Source of the DNA: Candidatus Woesearchaeota archaeon | GTDB lineage: Archaea > Nanobdellota > Nanobdellia > Woesearchaeales > JACPIF01 | Assembly (NCBI GenBank): GCA_016188215.1 | Contig: JACPIF010000001.1 | Span: 5,923-69,922, forward strand | Length of the DNA stretch: 64,000 nucleotides | Direction of reading: 5' to 3' | Shown here: positions 38,096 to 47,911 of the stretch, piece by piece | Numbering within the stretch: the stretch's first letter is position 1 | Layout: each line of letters starts with the position of its first letter | Notes under the pieces: model-generated | Databases searched by the model: none | What the model was told of the DNA's origin: nothing | What the model saw: only the letters and a program-made list of their open reading frames with translations | Translations under genes and position numbers: made by a program

Positions 38096-38476
38096 AGATT
38101 CTTTATATTCACTCTCTTCCCTAACTTTTGCAACATAATCCCGAACATAATTCTCGTAGTCTGGATGTCTATTTCTAATCTTTGATTTAGCTAAAGTACT
38201 AGACCCCACAATTATTATTATAGGTATAAATAACCATATATAAAGGAAAATAGGACGACCATCCATTACTGATCCTATAAATGGTATATTTAATAATCCA
38301 ACCAACATGAAAATTATTGCTACTATAACCCAAAATCTTACTTTCTTTTGTAAGAATGATCTATTTGCATCCCTCAATAATCTACTTTCAGAATATTCGT
38401 TAGAATAATTTCTATGTTGCCAACAATATTTGTACCCACTTTTAATGCCCTTTCCGCAAACTACACATTCCTTCAT
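38084..38476 (-). CDS. Zinc-ribbon membrane protein
   Basis: N-terminal CVVCGKGIKSGYKYCWQH, then two TM helices. Confidence 0.4.
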   Translation of the reverse strand: MKECVVCGKGIKSGYKYCWQHRNYSNEYSESRLLRDANRSFLQKKVRFWVIVAIIFMLVGLLNIPFIGSVMDGRPIFLYIWLFIPIIIIVGSSTLAKSKIRNRHPDYENYVRDYVAKVREESEYKESLLR

Positions 38477-38488
38477 TTTTATGGAAGA

Positions 38489-38683
38489 TTAATTCTTTTT
38501 ACTTCCTATAGCCATTACAGCTATTCCTATTACAAAAATTAGAGCAAATATTCCAAATTTTATAGTTATGAAATATGCAATAATATCTTTATAGCTTGTA
38601 ATTTGTCTAGTTAATATGGGATAGAAAGCTCCTAAAATACCGATAAGAACAATTACAAGCCCTATAATCCTTTTTGTTTCCAT
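38489..38683 (-). CDS. Small two-TM membrane protein
   Basis: 64-aa hydrophobic ORF. Low confidence. Confidence 0.25.
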   Translation of the reverse strand: METKRIIGLVIVLIGILGAFYPILTRQITSYKDIIAYFITIKFGIFALIFVIGIAVMAIGSKKN

Positions 38684-38730
38684 AGGAATCCTAATAATAG
38701 TAGAAAGAATTTGTTATATAAGTCTTTCTC

Positions 38731-40926
38731 TTAATTCTCCTTATACTCGCCATCAACCACATTCCTAATATCCTCAGCCTTCTTTGGGCCGATCTTCTCT
38801 ACGTTCTGCAGATCTTCAACAGAGGCGTTCATCACGTTTTTCACAGATTTGAACTCCTTGAGCAGGGGCTTGCTGAGGATTGGCCCGATTCCAGGCAGCG
38901 CTGAAATAATATATTCCTGCAGTTCCTTGAGGGACATGGGCTTGTCCGCATGCTGTGAGAAATCATTGGTGAAATCAGATTGCTCACGCTTTGCAATGAT
39001 AGCTATCAATGATGCAGTCTCCTTGCTGTTCCTTGTTGATATAATAGGAACACCAAAACTTACTGCTATTGTAGCCAGCATGCCGCGTATAGCATTAGGA
39101 TGCACGTTCCGGATGCCATAAATGTCCTCGTCCCCTTCAATAATCAATATAGGCCTTTCAAATGAGTATTTGATATCCTTCACCTGCTGCAGCAGCCTGC
39201 CGTCAATAATGGAATTTACAAAATCCTCAACATTTTTTATTTCAATGCCAACCCTGGATGAGGCGACATAGTCAGCAGTATTCAGCTTCTCAAGCTTTAT
39301 GGCGATGCCCTGCTCCATCAAATCCCTGAGAATGCCTGAGCCTTTCTCCCTGTAATCTGCAAATACAACTATCTCCTTGCTCTTCTTCATGTATGCAGTC
39401 AGTGATTCAGGCTTGTCCATTATTATCTTGCTCTTGAGCTGCTGCAAGGTGCGGTGCATCCTGCTTTCCTTGTTCCTCGCAACCCAATGATATGCCTCAT
39501 CACGCGTATGGGCTGTCATTAATATAATTACCCTTCCTTTTTCCTGGCGTCCAGTGCGGCCCCTTCGCTGGATAGTGCGTATGGCAGACGGAATAGGCTC
39601 AAAAAATATGACGAGGTCAACGCTCGGGATGTCAAGCCCTTCCTCACCGATTGAGGTGCACACCAATATGTTGAAATCGTCTGCCCTGAACTCATCCAGG
39701 ATCCTGCGCTGCTCCTTCTGGCTCATTCCAGTCTCATTTTTCTTCATCTGCCCGACAAATAGCTTTGCCTTTGCACCTTCAATTTTATTGAGCTCAGCCA
39801 CAATCTGCGAGCCGGAGTCACGGTACTGCGTGAACACAATTAGCTTGCGCTCCTGCGCAGCCTCTTCAGCAACAATCTTCTTCAGCTCAGTCAGCTTGGG
39901 ATGCTCAACATTCTCCTCATACAGTGCTTTTGCCAGGATAAAGGCGCTCTTGAAATTAATGTCCTTTGCAAGGTTCTTTACGGCTTTCACCTTGCTCCTT
40001 GCACTTTCTGCAAATAATCTGTCCATGTAACGGTATACTGACTGGATACCCTGCGTCTCAAGCAGCTCAAGTGCATGCTGCGCCTTCACAACTTCTGCCA
40101 ATAATGAAAGGGATTTTAGCAGGTTGAAATCCTTGTTGCCCTTGATGAATTCTTTCCGTAGAGCAGCCTGCAACTCCAGGATGTCTTTCTTGCCTGCATT
40201 CATCACATTGTATTTAATATAGCCGAAGTGCTTCAATTGGCTTATCTTTGCCTGCAGGCATTCCTTCAGGTTTTTCTGAACGCCCTTGAATGCTTCAGGA
40301 AATTCAACCTTTACCCATTGGACGTCAATATCCTGGATATATGGCTTAACGTCAGGATCATCATATGTCCTCACTTCAATATCCTCAATGAAAAGACCCT
40401 TGCAGACCTCTGTGATCTTTTCCAAATCGCTGCCAGGGGATGCTGTCAATGCGACAATCCTAGGATAACGCGCAACCTTCATGTACTGCTTTGCGATAAA
40501 ACCATATGCATATTCTCCGACTGCCCTGTGAGCCTCATCAAAACCGAGCAAGGCAACATCTTCCAATGATATTTTCCTTGAGATGATATCGTTCTCAAGG
40601 CCCTGTGGCGTGCTGAAAATAATCTGCGCCTTTTTCCAGAGCTGCTCACGCTTCTCCGGCGCAACATTTCCCGTAAAGACAGCCATAGCTTCAGGAAGAA
40701 TATCAAAGTGCCTGAGGAAGACAGCATAATACTGGTCAATAAGCGGCTTGGTTGGGCCGAGCAGCAATATCTTGGAGTTAGGGAACCGCTTCAACCTATC
40801 TGCTGCAAGCATGAGGAAAATGTTAGTCTTGCCCATTCCAGTGGGCAGAACAACTAATGTATTCTTTTCTGCGCATGTCCCCAGGATGGTTTCCTGGTAT
40901 AATCTTGGCTGGAAATCTTTTATCAT
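38731..40926 (-). CDS. hef: Hef-like helicase-nuclease (SF2 helicase plus ERCC4/XPF nuclease plus HhH2)
   Basis: LPTGMGKT (Walker A), DEAH-like box, helicase C, ERCC4 ILIIEGDEDIYGIRNV…, and a terminal HhH pair LPGIGPILSKPLL. Confidence 0.8.
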   Translation of the reverse strand: MIKDFQPRLYQETILGTCAEKNTLVVLPTGMGKTNIFLMLAADRLKRFPNSKILLLGPTKPLIDQYYAVFLRHFDILPEAMAVFTGNVAPEKREQLWKKAQIIFSTPQGLENDIISRKISLEDVALLGFDEAHRAVGEYAYGFIAKQYMKVARYPRIVALTASPGSDLEKITEVCKGLFIEDIEVRTYDDPDVKPYIQDIDVQWVKVEFPEAFKGVQKNLKECLQAKISQLKHFGYIKYNVMNAGKKDILELQAALRKEFIKGNKDFNLLKSLSLLAEVVKAQHALELLETQGIQSVYRYMDRLFAESARSKVKAVKNLAKDINFKSAFILAKALYEENVEHPKLTELKKIVAEEAAQERKLIVFTQYRDSGSQIVAELNKIEGAKAKLFVGQMKKNETGMSQKEQRRILDEFRADDFNILVCTSIGEEGLDIPSVDLVIFFEPIPSAIRTIQRRGRTGRQEKGRVIILMTAHTRDEAYHWVARNKESRMHRTLQQLKSKIIMDKPESLTAYMKKSKEIVVFADYREKGSGILRDLMEQGIAIKLEKLNTADYVASSRVGIEIKNVEDFVNSIIDGRLLQQVKDIKYSFERPILIIEGDEDIYGIRNVHPNAIRGMLATIAVSFGVPIISTRNSKETASLIAIIAKREQSDFTNDFSQHADKPMSLKELQEYIISALPGIGPILSKPLLKEFKSVKNVMNASVEDLQNVEKIGPKKAEDIRNVVDGEYKEN

Positions 40927-40962
40927 GATGCCGGAAAAGAATGCGTGGTATAAATAGTTTAG

Positions 40963-41565
40963 CTAGTAATCATGCCCTGGGCAGATGTGCCTTGGATTGT
41001 ACTTTGCAAGCTTCATCAAAGATTCAGGCATCTTCTCAGGCATTGATGTCGGAAGGTCTGTCCTGCCAAGCAGCTTTTTCCGGAAAATGGTATCCCCAGT
41101 AAAGAGGACGCTTTCCTTCTCGTACCAGAAACAAACACTGCCTGCGGTATGGCCTGGAGTGTCTATGATTTCAAGCTCTGAATCCGCTGGAAACGGATTG
41201 AGGTGAACGGCGAACTTCTCAGCGATGTCTGGATTAAGGGTAGCGGCATCCTTATTCTTATTGAATGCGTCTATCTCAACTGCTGACGCATGGAATTCTG
41301 CATTAGGAAAAAGATCAAAATTGCCGATATGGTCGTAGTGAAGATGGGTGAAGAACACCTTTTTAACTTGGGCAGGGTCAATTATTTTCCCTAAGAACTG
41401 CTCAACAACATTCCTTTCTGAGCGGTCGCCTGCATCAATCACCACGATTTCAGAATTTAATTTGATAATATAAATATTAGAGTTGGCCCTTAATTTGGTG
41501 ACTGAGGCACTAATATTCTGTAGTGGAGATATAGCCCTGATCATGGAGGTAGTACCCGATTGCAT
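40963..41565 (-). CDS. Metallo-beta-lactamase fold hydrolase
   Basis: THLHYDHIGN and a TPGHTAGS motif. Confidence 0.65.
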   Translation of the reverse strand: MQSGTTSMIRAISPLQNISASVTKLRANSNIYIIKLNSEIVVIDAGDRSERNVVEQFLGKIIDPAQVKKVFFTHLHYDHIGNFDLFPNAEFHASAVEIDAFNKNKDAATLNPDIAEKFAVHLNPFPADSELEIIDTPGHTAGSVCFWYEKESVLFTGDTIFRKKLLGRTDLPTSMPEKMPESLMKLAKYNPRHICPGHDY

Positions 41566-41851
41566 TCCCTACTATGAACAGCAGGATAATAATCTTTGTA
41601 TCACCGTATGCAGCCCCGATTGCAAAGCCGACGATAAAGCCAACCAGTACCAAAATCCAAGTGAACTTGAGGTGGTGCTTGTAGCGGAAGAGAAGCCTGC
41701 CGCCCATCAAGCCGCCGCAGAATACAATCAGGTAGCTGATTAAGGCAGAGGTGACAAGGGTTGAAATGAGAAAGCCAGCTACCAAAAGCAGGAATGCCAG
41801 TATCTCTACCCAATCCTCCCACAAGCTTACTGCTCCTTTTTTGGATATCAT
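41510..41851 (-). CDS. Small membrane protein (likely start MISKKGAVS, not the track start at 41974)
   Basis: Three TM helices. The track ORF overlaps the upstream gene by 122 nt, and the internal ATG gives a 4-nt stop-start overlap. Confidence 0.35.
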   Translation of the reverse strand: MISKKGAVSLWEDWVEILAFLLLVAGFLISTLVTSALISYLIVFCGGLMGGRLLFRYKHHLKFTWILVLVGFIVGFAIGAAYGDTKIIILLFIVGNAIGYYLHDQGYISTTEY

Positions 41852-41852
41852 G

Positions 41853-42653
41853 CTAAATCCCAGGGGGACGCGGCAAGCCGAACCCCTCCCATGCATCCTT
41901 TTCAAAGACAATATAGTAGACGAGCCAGAATCCTGCGCCGATAAGCAATGCGTAAATGTACGAGAAGACTCCAAAGAATTTTACTAAAGCTGCGTATCCG
42001 GTGACAGAGCCGGCAATGAAGACGTACATAAGGCGCGACTGGAAAAAGATTCGGCTTCCATCCAAAGGAGGTATAGGCAATAGGTTATAGGCAGCATAAA
42101 CCCAGCACAGGAAAAAAAATTCATTGATTAGAGCATGGTTGACAAATGGCATGCCTGCAAAGACGTATAAGTCTAATGTCTTGACCAAAGTGCCAAGGAA
42201 AATTACTGAGAGCGGGCCTGCAAGGGAGGTGAGGCTGAATGCAAGCGTATTAGTGCCATACCTGAAATAGCCTAGGCGATGGACAGTCATGTGGTGGATG
42301 AAGACACCTGAAAAGCCCAGGAACCATACGTTGCCATTGGATACCAATACAAGTATTAACCCCAACACTATGCCGAACCACCAGAGCTTGTGCTCAGCCC
42401 TGAAACCTGAATGAAGAGCAGCTATCCGCTGGCCGCTCACATGCGTCAAGATAATCGCTGCCATTATCAGCAGGGCTTTAATGAAATTCTTTATGCCTAT
42501 CAGGAAATCAAAAGAATCATCACCCCAGCGCTTGAATGAGACAATAAAGGCAGCCGCCAGAATCATGATTATTATTGCCACGAGCTCGTTATGGCTGAAT
42601 CGGTAGTAGCGCTTTACCTTGTCTATAGTATCGCTTATCGGATAAATAGCCAT
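41853..42653 (-). CDS. Site-2-protease (M50)-like membrane protein lacking an obvious HExxH
   Basis: Strong M50 motif-2 NLLPIPPLDGSRIF in a polytopic membrane context. No canonical HExxH found. Confidence 0.4.
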   Translation of the reverse strand: MAIYPISDTIDKVKRYYRFSHNELVAIIIMILAAAFIVSFKRWGDDSFDFLIGIKNFIKALLIMAAIILTHVSGQRIAALHSGFRAEHKLWWFGIVLGLILVLVSNGNVWFLGFSGVFIHHMTVHRLGYFRYGTNTLAFSLTSLAGPLSVIFLGTLVKTLDLYVFAGMPFVNHALINEFFFLCWVYAAYNLLPIPPLDGSRIFFQSRLMYVFIAGSVTGYAALVKFFGVFSYIYALLIGAGFWLVYYIVFEKDAWEGFGLPRPPGI

Positions 42654-42700
42654 GCCAAGAATCTTGGGATTGCAGTATTTAAGAGTTTCTGCTGTAAAGA

Positions 42701-43372
42701 TCAGAAGATGCCAAAGTGGTCATATATTATCTTCCTGATTCCTTTGACATGGGCTGCGCCAACAATAACTGCAACTTTATTTCCTTTATTTGATTCAAGC
42801 AGCTTTATTACTTTCCGGGCCATGTAGGAATTGCGTTCAGTCACCAATGTTGTATAAATCCCTGGGTAGCGCTGCTTAAGGATGGCCATGAGATGCCCTA
42901 TAATCTTATCTTCAGGCACTTTGGTAAGGTCAATGGCCATGCCTTTACCGAACAACCCTTTTATGATGTCTGCAGCGAAATGCCACTTCTCTTTCCAGGT
43001 AATGCTTCTTGAAAGCCTCTTGAGAGTGATGCCGATGGGCTGGTCAATGAGCTCAATATGGAGCTTGCGGCCTTTTGCGAGCTTGTAGGCCTCCAGCATG
43101 TCACTTCCAGGCTGGATGCCTACTATTCTGCCAAGCCTGTTCTGAGCATACATTGCAATAAGCGCAAACAGGTAGCCTTTAATTCCTATGTCACGCATGT
43201 CCCTTAGCCTAAGCTTCTCCTTCGTCTTATAGAGCAATGAATCTAACCTGGCTGGGTCAAGCTCCAAGCAAACAATGTCTGGCTTAAACGCGTCCAGCTT
43301 ATGCCTAATCTCCTTAATGCTGGAAGCTGCAATATGAGATGTCCCTATAATCATCATATCATTTTTATCCAT
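42701..43372 (-). CDS. TraB/PrgY-family protein
   Basis: MMIIGTSHIAASSIKEI…DIVCLELDPARL matches the TraB family N-terminus. Confidence 0.55.
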   Translation of the reverse strand: MDKNDMMIIGTSHIAASSIKEIRHKLDAFKPDIVCLELDPARLDSLLYKTKEKLRLRDMRDIGIKGYLFALIAMYAQNRLGRIVGIQPGSDMLEAYKLAKGRKLHIELIDQPIGITLKRLSRSITWKEKWHFAADIIKGLFGKGMAIDLTKVPEDKIIGHLMAILKQRYPGIYTTLVTERNSYMARKVIKLLESNKGNKVAVIVGAAHVKGIRKIIYDHFGIF

Positions 43373-43436
43373 TCAGGAATGATAAAATGAAAATCTTTAT
43401 ATATACCTACCCTCAGGAAATAGCTTAAGGTAGTGA

Positions 43437-43727
43437 TTGCAAGGAGGTAGGACAATGCTGAAGCTGAAGAAGATATCTGAAACGTATGATATGAAAGTGT
43501 TTACTGATTCTGGGGAATACTTCGGAGATGTTGAGGAGAGCATATTGACCAGCAACAAAGTGTTCGGCTGGCGAGTTCGTGCAACCAAGAACTCGTTCCT
43601 GTCAAAAGTGCTTGGCTCTGCAAAGGGCGTTATCGTGCCGCACCAGCTTGTAAAGTCAGTTGGCGACATCATGATTATCAGCAAAGCAGCTGTACCAAGC
43701 TATAACCCTGAGGATGAGGAAGAGTAG
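43437..43727 (+). CDS. PRC-barrel domain protein
   Basis: 96 aa with a PRC-like sequence and an acidic tail. Confidence 0.4.
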   Translation: MQGGRTMLKLKKISETYDMKVFTDSGEYFGDVEESILTSNKVFGWRVRATKNSFLSKVLGSAKGVIVPHQLVKSVGDIMIISKAAVPSYNPEDEEE

Positions 43728-43761
43728 GGATAGCTTTTTATTTATTCCTTAGTTTTCTTTC

Positions 43762-44538
43762 TTGATGCAGAAACTCTTTATTAAAAATAGAAGCGGTAAA
43801 AGAATAGCTCTTATTCTTGATACAGTTGCTGACCAGAAAGGCGTTGTCTTCATTGCACACGGTAGAGGTGGCTTTAAGGAACAGGAGCATATTAACGCTT
43901 TTTCAGAGGCATTTAAACAGGCTTGGTATTCTACCATTAGGTGGGATGCGCGCAACACAGTCGGAGAATCCGAAGGCCTTATGGAAGATGTCACTATCAC
44001 AAGCTACTATGAGGACCTTGTAGATGTTATCTCCTGGGCAAAGTTACAGCCTTGGTACCAAGAGCCATTCATACTTTGCGGACATAGCCTAGGAGGCATT
44101 ATTGCTATACTATATGCAGAGAAGTTCAGAGAGAAGGTGAAGGCACTTGCACCAATATCTACTGTTGTGTCCTGGTCCTTGAGCAAGGAAACATTTGACA
44201 GCAAACTTCTAGAAAACTGGGAAAATGTTGGATATTACAATGAAGAAAGCAAATCCACTCCCGGTTTAATAAGAAAAATGAAATGGGCATACATCGCTGA
44301 CAGGACGGGGTATGACGTCCTGAAGGAAGCTTCTGCACTGATTATGCCTGTTTTACTTATAGTAGGAGAAAACGATCATTCTACGCCGCTCGAGCATCAA
44401 CAGATACTCTACGAGGCAATTCCCCATACTAAAAAAGAATTACACATTATTAAAGGAGCAGAACACACTTTCAGAGAGAAAAAACATCTTGAAGAGATAA
44501 AGGATATTATCTTAAAATTTGTCAAATCCATAGATTAA
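43762..44538 (+). CDS. Alpha/beta hydrolase (esterase/lipase-like)
   Basis: Nucleophile elbow CGHSLGG. HG oxyanion FIAHGRGG. Confidence 0.65.
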   Translation: MMQKLFIKNRSGKRIALILDTVADQKGVVFIAHGRGGFKEQEHINAFSEAFKQAWYSTIRWDARNTVGESEGLMEDVTITSYYEDLVDVISWAKLQPWYQEPFILCGHSLGGIIAILYAEKFREKVKALAPISTVVSWSLSKETFDSKLLENWENVGYYNEESKSTPGLIRKMKWAYIADRTGYDVLKEASALIMPVLLIVGENDHSTPLEHQQILYEAIPHTKKELHIIKGAEHTFREKKHLEEIKDIILKFVKSID

Positions 44539-44579
44539 TTCAAAAACTTTAAAACTAGTTCCATTTTAACTCCTCTCAT

Positions 44580-44682
44580 ACGGTAGTGGTCTAGTGGTAT
44601 GATTCGAGCTTCCCAAGGTGGGCTGCGTTATCCAACCGCTAGGAGTCAGCTTGCGATGCGGGTTCGATTCCCGCCTACCGTA
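44580..44682 (+). tRNA. tRNA-Gly (anticodon CCC) with a ~32-nt intron at the canonical 37/38 position
   Basis: Acceptor ACGGTAG/CTACCGT. T-arm GCGGG-TTCGATT-CCCGC. Anticodon arm CGAGC-TTCCCA|intron|A-GCTTG. 103 nt total, about 71 nt after intron removal. CCA not encoded. Confidence 0.65.
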
Positions 44683-44689
44683 CTTTATC

Positions 44690-45109
44690 ATGGAGCTGCT
44701 GCAATTCATAACAAATAGAATCTTCCTTTCTGTCCTGATAGCCTGGCTCTCCGCATTCTTGCTGAAGCTGGCATTGAACTCCAGGCAGAAAGGGTTTAGC
44801 ATTAAGCTGATATATGCTACTGGAGGGATGCCAAGCTCACATAGTGCCTTTGTTACTGCGCTCTCGCTTGCCGTCGGCCTCTCAGAAGGATTCGCTTCCC
44901 CGCTGTTTATTGTGGCCTTATTGCTGAGTGTCGTGTTCATCCATGACGCAATCAATATCAGGAGGCGCACGGATTTAAAGCTGCAGGAGATATGCAAAGG
45001 GGTAAAGATAAAGCTTACTGATGTGACTCCATTAGGACATTCAATTGCAGAGGCGGCAAGCGGCATGGCCATCGGGATAGCAGCATCGCTTGCGGTCTTT
45101 TTGCTATAG
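44690..45109 (+). CDS. DUF212/PAP2-like small membrane protein
   Basis: GGMPSSHSAFVTALSLAVG motif. Likely start MELLQF at 44690, because the track start 44618 overlaps the tRNA. Confidence 0.5.
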   Translation: MELLQFITNRIFLSVLIAWLSAFLLKLALNSRQKGFSIKLIYATGGMPSSHSAFVTALSLAVGLSEGFASPLFIVALLLSVVFIHDAINIRRRTDLKLQEICKGVKIKLTDVTPLGHSIAEAASGMAIGIAASLAVFLL

Positions 45110-45559
45110 AGACTCTATTGCCTCCAGATTTTCCTTTAACTCAGCCTCGTCCAATGTGGCAACTGTGTCAAACATGGCCTGCAGGCCGCGCTTCAGCGAG
45201 GCTTCATCTGAAACACGGTGGTGGATTGCAGGGGATACTATCCATTTGTGGTCTGCTTCTGAGAACGGGTTTATGAAGAACAGCTTAAGATTGGGGAATC
45301 TTATGAAATGCTCCCAGCTGTCAAGGAGCACTTTGAAATTCTTGTGCGAGTTAAATACGATGATATCGATGAAATCTTGAGAGGGCTGCTCATTGAACTC
45401 TTCCAGGCTGCCTAAGGGCATTATCTGCTCCTCATGGTCCTTGTACTTCAGGATGACTACATCTTTTCCCTGCTCAACAGATACTATATTCCGTGCAACA
45501 ATATCCTTGTTCCTGAAATATTGTACTGCCCATTCTTTTAGGTATGTATGGATGTCCAT
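45104..45559 (-). CDS. Hypothetical protein
   Basis: 151-aa ORF with no motif recognised. Confidence 0.35.
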   Translation of the reverse strand: MDIHTYLKEWAVQYFRNKDIVARNIVSVEQGKDVVILKYKDHEEQIMPLGSLEEFNEQPSQDFIDIIVFNSHKNFKVLLDSWEHFIRFPNLKLFFINPFSEADHKWIVSPAIHHRVSDEASLKRGLQAMFDTVATLDEAELKENLEAIESL

Positions 45560-45649
45560 AGCTTGCTTTTACCATGTCATTTTGTTTATATACTTTTTTC
45601 TTTGGAGAGATATAGACGATTAGCAAGCTAGAAATTACTATAACTTGCA

Positions 45650-45782
45650 TGACGAGCGCGAAATGCGCGCTACAAAATCACGGAAACTTTTGTTTCCGGG
45701 ACTCGGAAATGCAAGCATTTCCTTTGTGTCCCCGAGTGATTGCTGTGAAGCCTGAAATTCGGGGACTGTTCACAGTCCAGTT
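45650..45782. repeat. GC-rich modular hairpin repeat, copy C, upstream of tgt
   Basis: AGCGCG-aaat-GCGCGCT, CGGAAAC-tttt-GTTTCCG, GGAAATGCaaGCATTTCC, GTCCCCGAG…TTGCTGTGAA…ATTCGGGGAC, and an inverted ACTGTTCACAGT. Confidence 0.6.
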
Positions 45783-45876
45783 TAGGTTTACCTCAACTGG
45801 TTCCCTGCTCATTGTCATGTTGTTTTATAATAACACAACCACAAACTTTTAATGCGATTGCTTAACCCTGCACCCC

Positions 45877-46983
45877 ATGTTTGAAATCACGGCAAAGGAG
45901 GGAGCAGCCAGAACAGGAATCTTGCATACTGCGCACGGCTCTTTTGAGACGCCTTTTTTCATGCCGGTTGCGACGAAGGGAGCAGTCAAGCATATGAGCC
46001 AGGAGCTGCTGGAGCAGAGCAAGACAAGGGTATTCATCTCAAATGCATTGGTGTTATACTTTACTAATTTTGATGCGGTAAGAGCTGCTGGAATCCATGG
46101 ATTCATGAACTGGAAGCACGGCATCTTTACAGACTCCGGCGGGTTCCAGATTCTTAGAGAAGGTTTTCTCTTGAGTATATCTGAGATAGGCGTCAGGTAC
46201 AGAAGCCCTTTTGACGGGAGCAGAATGCTGCTGAAACCGGAACAGGCAATAGATATCCAAAACAAATTAGGAGCGGATGTGATTATGGCTTTGGATGATG
46301 TGCCCGATTACGCGAAATATGGCAATGATTTTGAGAAGGTTAAGCTGGCGACTGAGCGGACGTACAGGTGGGCTGAGCGATGCAAAAAAGCGCACAGACA
46401 AAAGGGGCAGCTCCTGTTTGGAATCTGCCAGGGCGGCATTTTCCCGGAACTTAGGAAGGAAAGCGCAAAAGCTATTGCCGAGCTTGGCCTTGATGGCGTA
46501 GCGCTGGGCGGGCTATCAATAGGTGAGTCAAAAGAGACTATGCATGCAATGGCACAGCTAAGCATTTCCCGGATACCTGAAGATAAACCAAGATATTTGA
46601 TGGGCCTTGGAAGCCCTGAAGACATGCTTGAGGCGATTGAGCTTGGAATTGATATCTTTGACAGCGCATTTCCAACACAAAATGCACGGCACGGGACACT
46701 GTTCACATCTGCAGGAAAAGTCAGGATAGGGAAGCAGCAGTATAAAGCGCAACTTGTGCCTTTGGATGCTGCATGCAGCTGTTTTGTTTGCAGGAATTAT
46801 ACAAAGGCGTATCTGCACCACCTCTTCAGGAGCGCAGAGCCGTTAGCCAAGACACTGCTATCGTTTCATAATATATACTTCATACAAGAGCTGCTGGAGC
46901 AAGCCAGGATTGCTATCAGGCAGGGGAAATTCTCCAAGTTCAAAAGTGAGTTCCTGCGCGGCTATAAGGCTAAAGAGCCTTAA
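45877..46983 (+). CDS. tgt: tRNA-guanine transglycosylase, catalytic domain only (no PUA domain)
   Basis: TIM-barrel TGT motifs (ALGGLSIGESKE, MGLGSPEDM) and a zinc site CSCFVCRNY…H. Confidence 0.75.
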   Translation: MFEITAKEGAARTGILHTAHGSFETPFFMPVATKGAVKHMSQELLEQSKTRVFISNALVLYFTNFDAVRAAGIHGFMNWKHGIFTDSGGFQILREGFLLSISEIGVRYRSPFDGSRMLLKPEQAIDIQNKLGADVIMALDDVPDYAKYGNDFEKVKLATERTYRWAERCKKAHRQKGQLLFGICQGGIFPELRKESAKAIAELGLDGVALGGLSIGESKETMHAMAQLSISRIPEDKPRYLMGLGSPEDMLEAIELGIDIFDSAFPTQNARHGTLFTSAGKVRIGKQQYKAQLVPLDAACSCFVCRNYTKAYLHHLFRSAEPLAKTLLSFHNIYFIQELLEQARIAIRQGKFSKFKSEFLRGYKAKEP

Positions 46984-47135
46984 TTTGGCCTTATAGAGGC
47001 TATAAAAGCCCTTAAATAAGCTTTAATATTTCTAATCGTAAGATTTATATATCAGTATACTAAAACGTATACAGAAATACATAGAAATATATAAAGAGAG
47101 CTATCTGCTCTATACTAATACTAAACAAAAAGAAG

Positions 47136-47885
47136 GTGAATGCCATGGCAGTTGAAAGCGAGATAATCCATAAGATGGTGTACGACATTGTTGAGAAGAA
47201 CCGCGACATGATAGACGTGAAGGGCCCGAGCCTGGACAATTTCAAGAAGATTGTTCCAACCTTGATTGACAAGGGGATTGATAATATCAATTTCTCAATG
47301 TTCAGCGAGGATATGCGCCGGGGATTGTTGAATGCGCTGGGTGATGAATACCTGAAGAAGGGAAGGATTAACGAGGCCATCAAAGCCTATATTCTTGCAG
47401 GAAACCGGAAGAAACTTACTACAATAGGAGAGGATTATGAAGCAGTAGGCTTGTTCAGCAACGCAATTGATGCCTATAGGCTTGCGGACAACAAGGAGAA
47501 GCTTGAGCATGTCGGCGACAAGTGCCTTGAGGAAGGGCATATCATTGATGCAATCAAAGCGTTCAAGAGCGTGAGCGCTACCGAAAAATTAGTCAGAGTG
47601 GGGGAAGACTGCATGCACAAGGAAAAGTGGGAATATGCAATTGAGGTATTCAGCGCGATAGATAACAAGCAGAAGCTGGCTGAGCTTGGCGATAAATGCC
47701 TATCTGATAGGCAGATAGCATTAGCTGCCAAGGCGTACGAGCTGGCTGCTGACAAGTCAAGGTTATCTGCGCTCGGCGATACGTGCCTTAGAGAAGGCCT
47801 TGTCCAGGCTGCATTGAAAGCCTATACACTTGCCGGCAATGAGATGATGGTGCAGTTCATCAAGGAGAATTTCGTTAACAAGTAA
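47136..47885 (+). CDS. Internal-repeat protein (six ~27-aa helical repeats)
   Basis: Repeats fit the pattern A(I/L)KAYxLAxNxxKLxxLGDKCL. Confidence 0.4.
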   Translation: MNAMAVESEIIHKMVYDIVEKNRDMIDVKGPSLDNFKKIVPTLIDKGIDNINFSMFSEDMRRGLLNALGDEYLKKGRINEAIKAYILAGNRKKLTTIGEDYEAVGLFSNAIDAYRLADNKEKLEHVGDKCLEEGHIIDAIKAFKSVSATEKLVRVGEDCMHKEKWEYAIEVFSAIDNKQKLAELGDKCLSDRQIALAAKAYELAADKSRLSALGDTCLREGLVQAALKAYTLAGNEMMVQFIKENFVNK

Positions 47886-47911
47886 TCACAGCAACACTCA
47901 GAGGTGAATTT

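Noticed and set aside
45649-45852. 67-aa ORF upstream of tgt
   Set aside because: It lies entirely within repeat copy C and is Cys/Arg-rich from the GC-rich hairpins.
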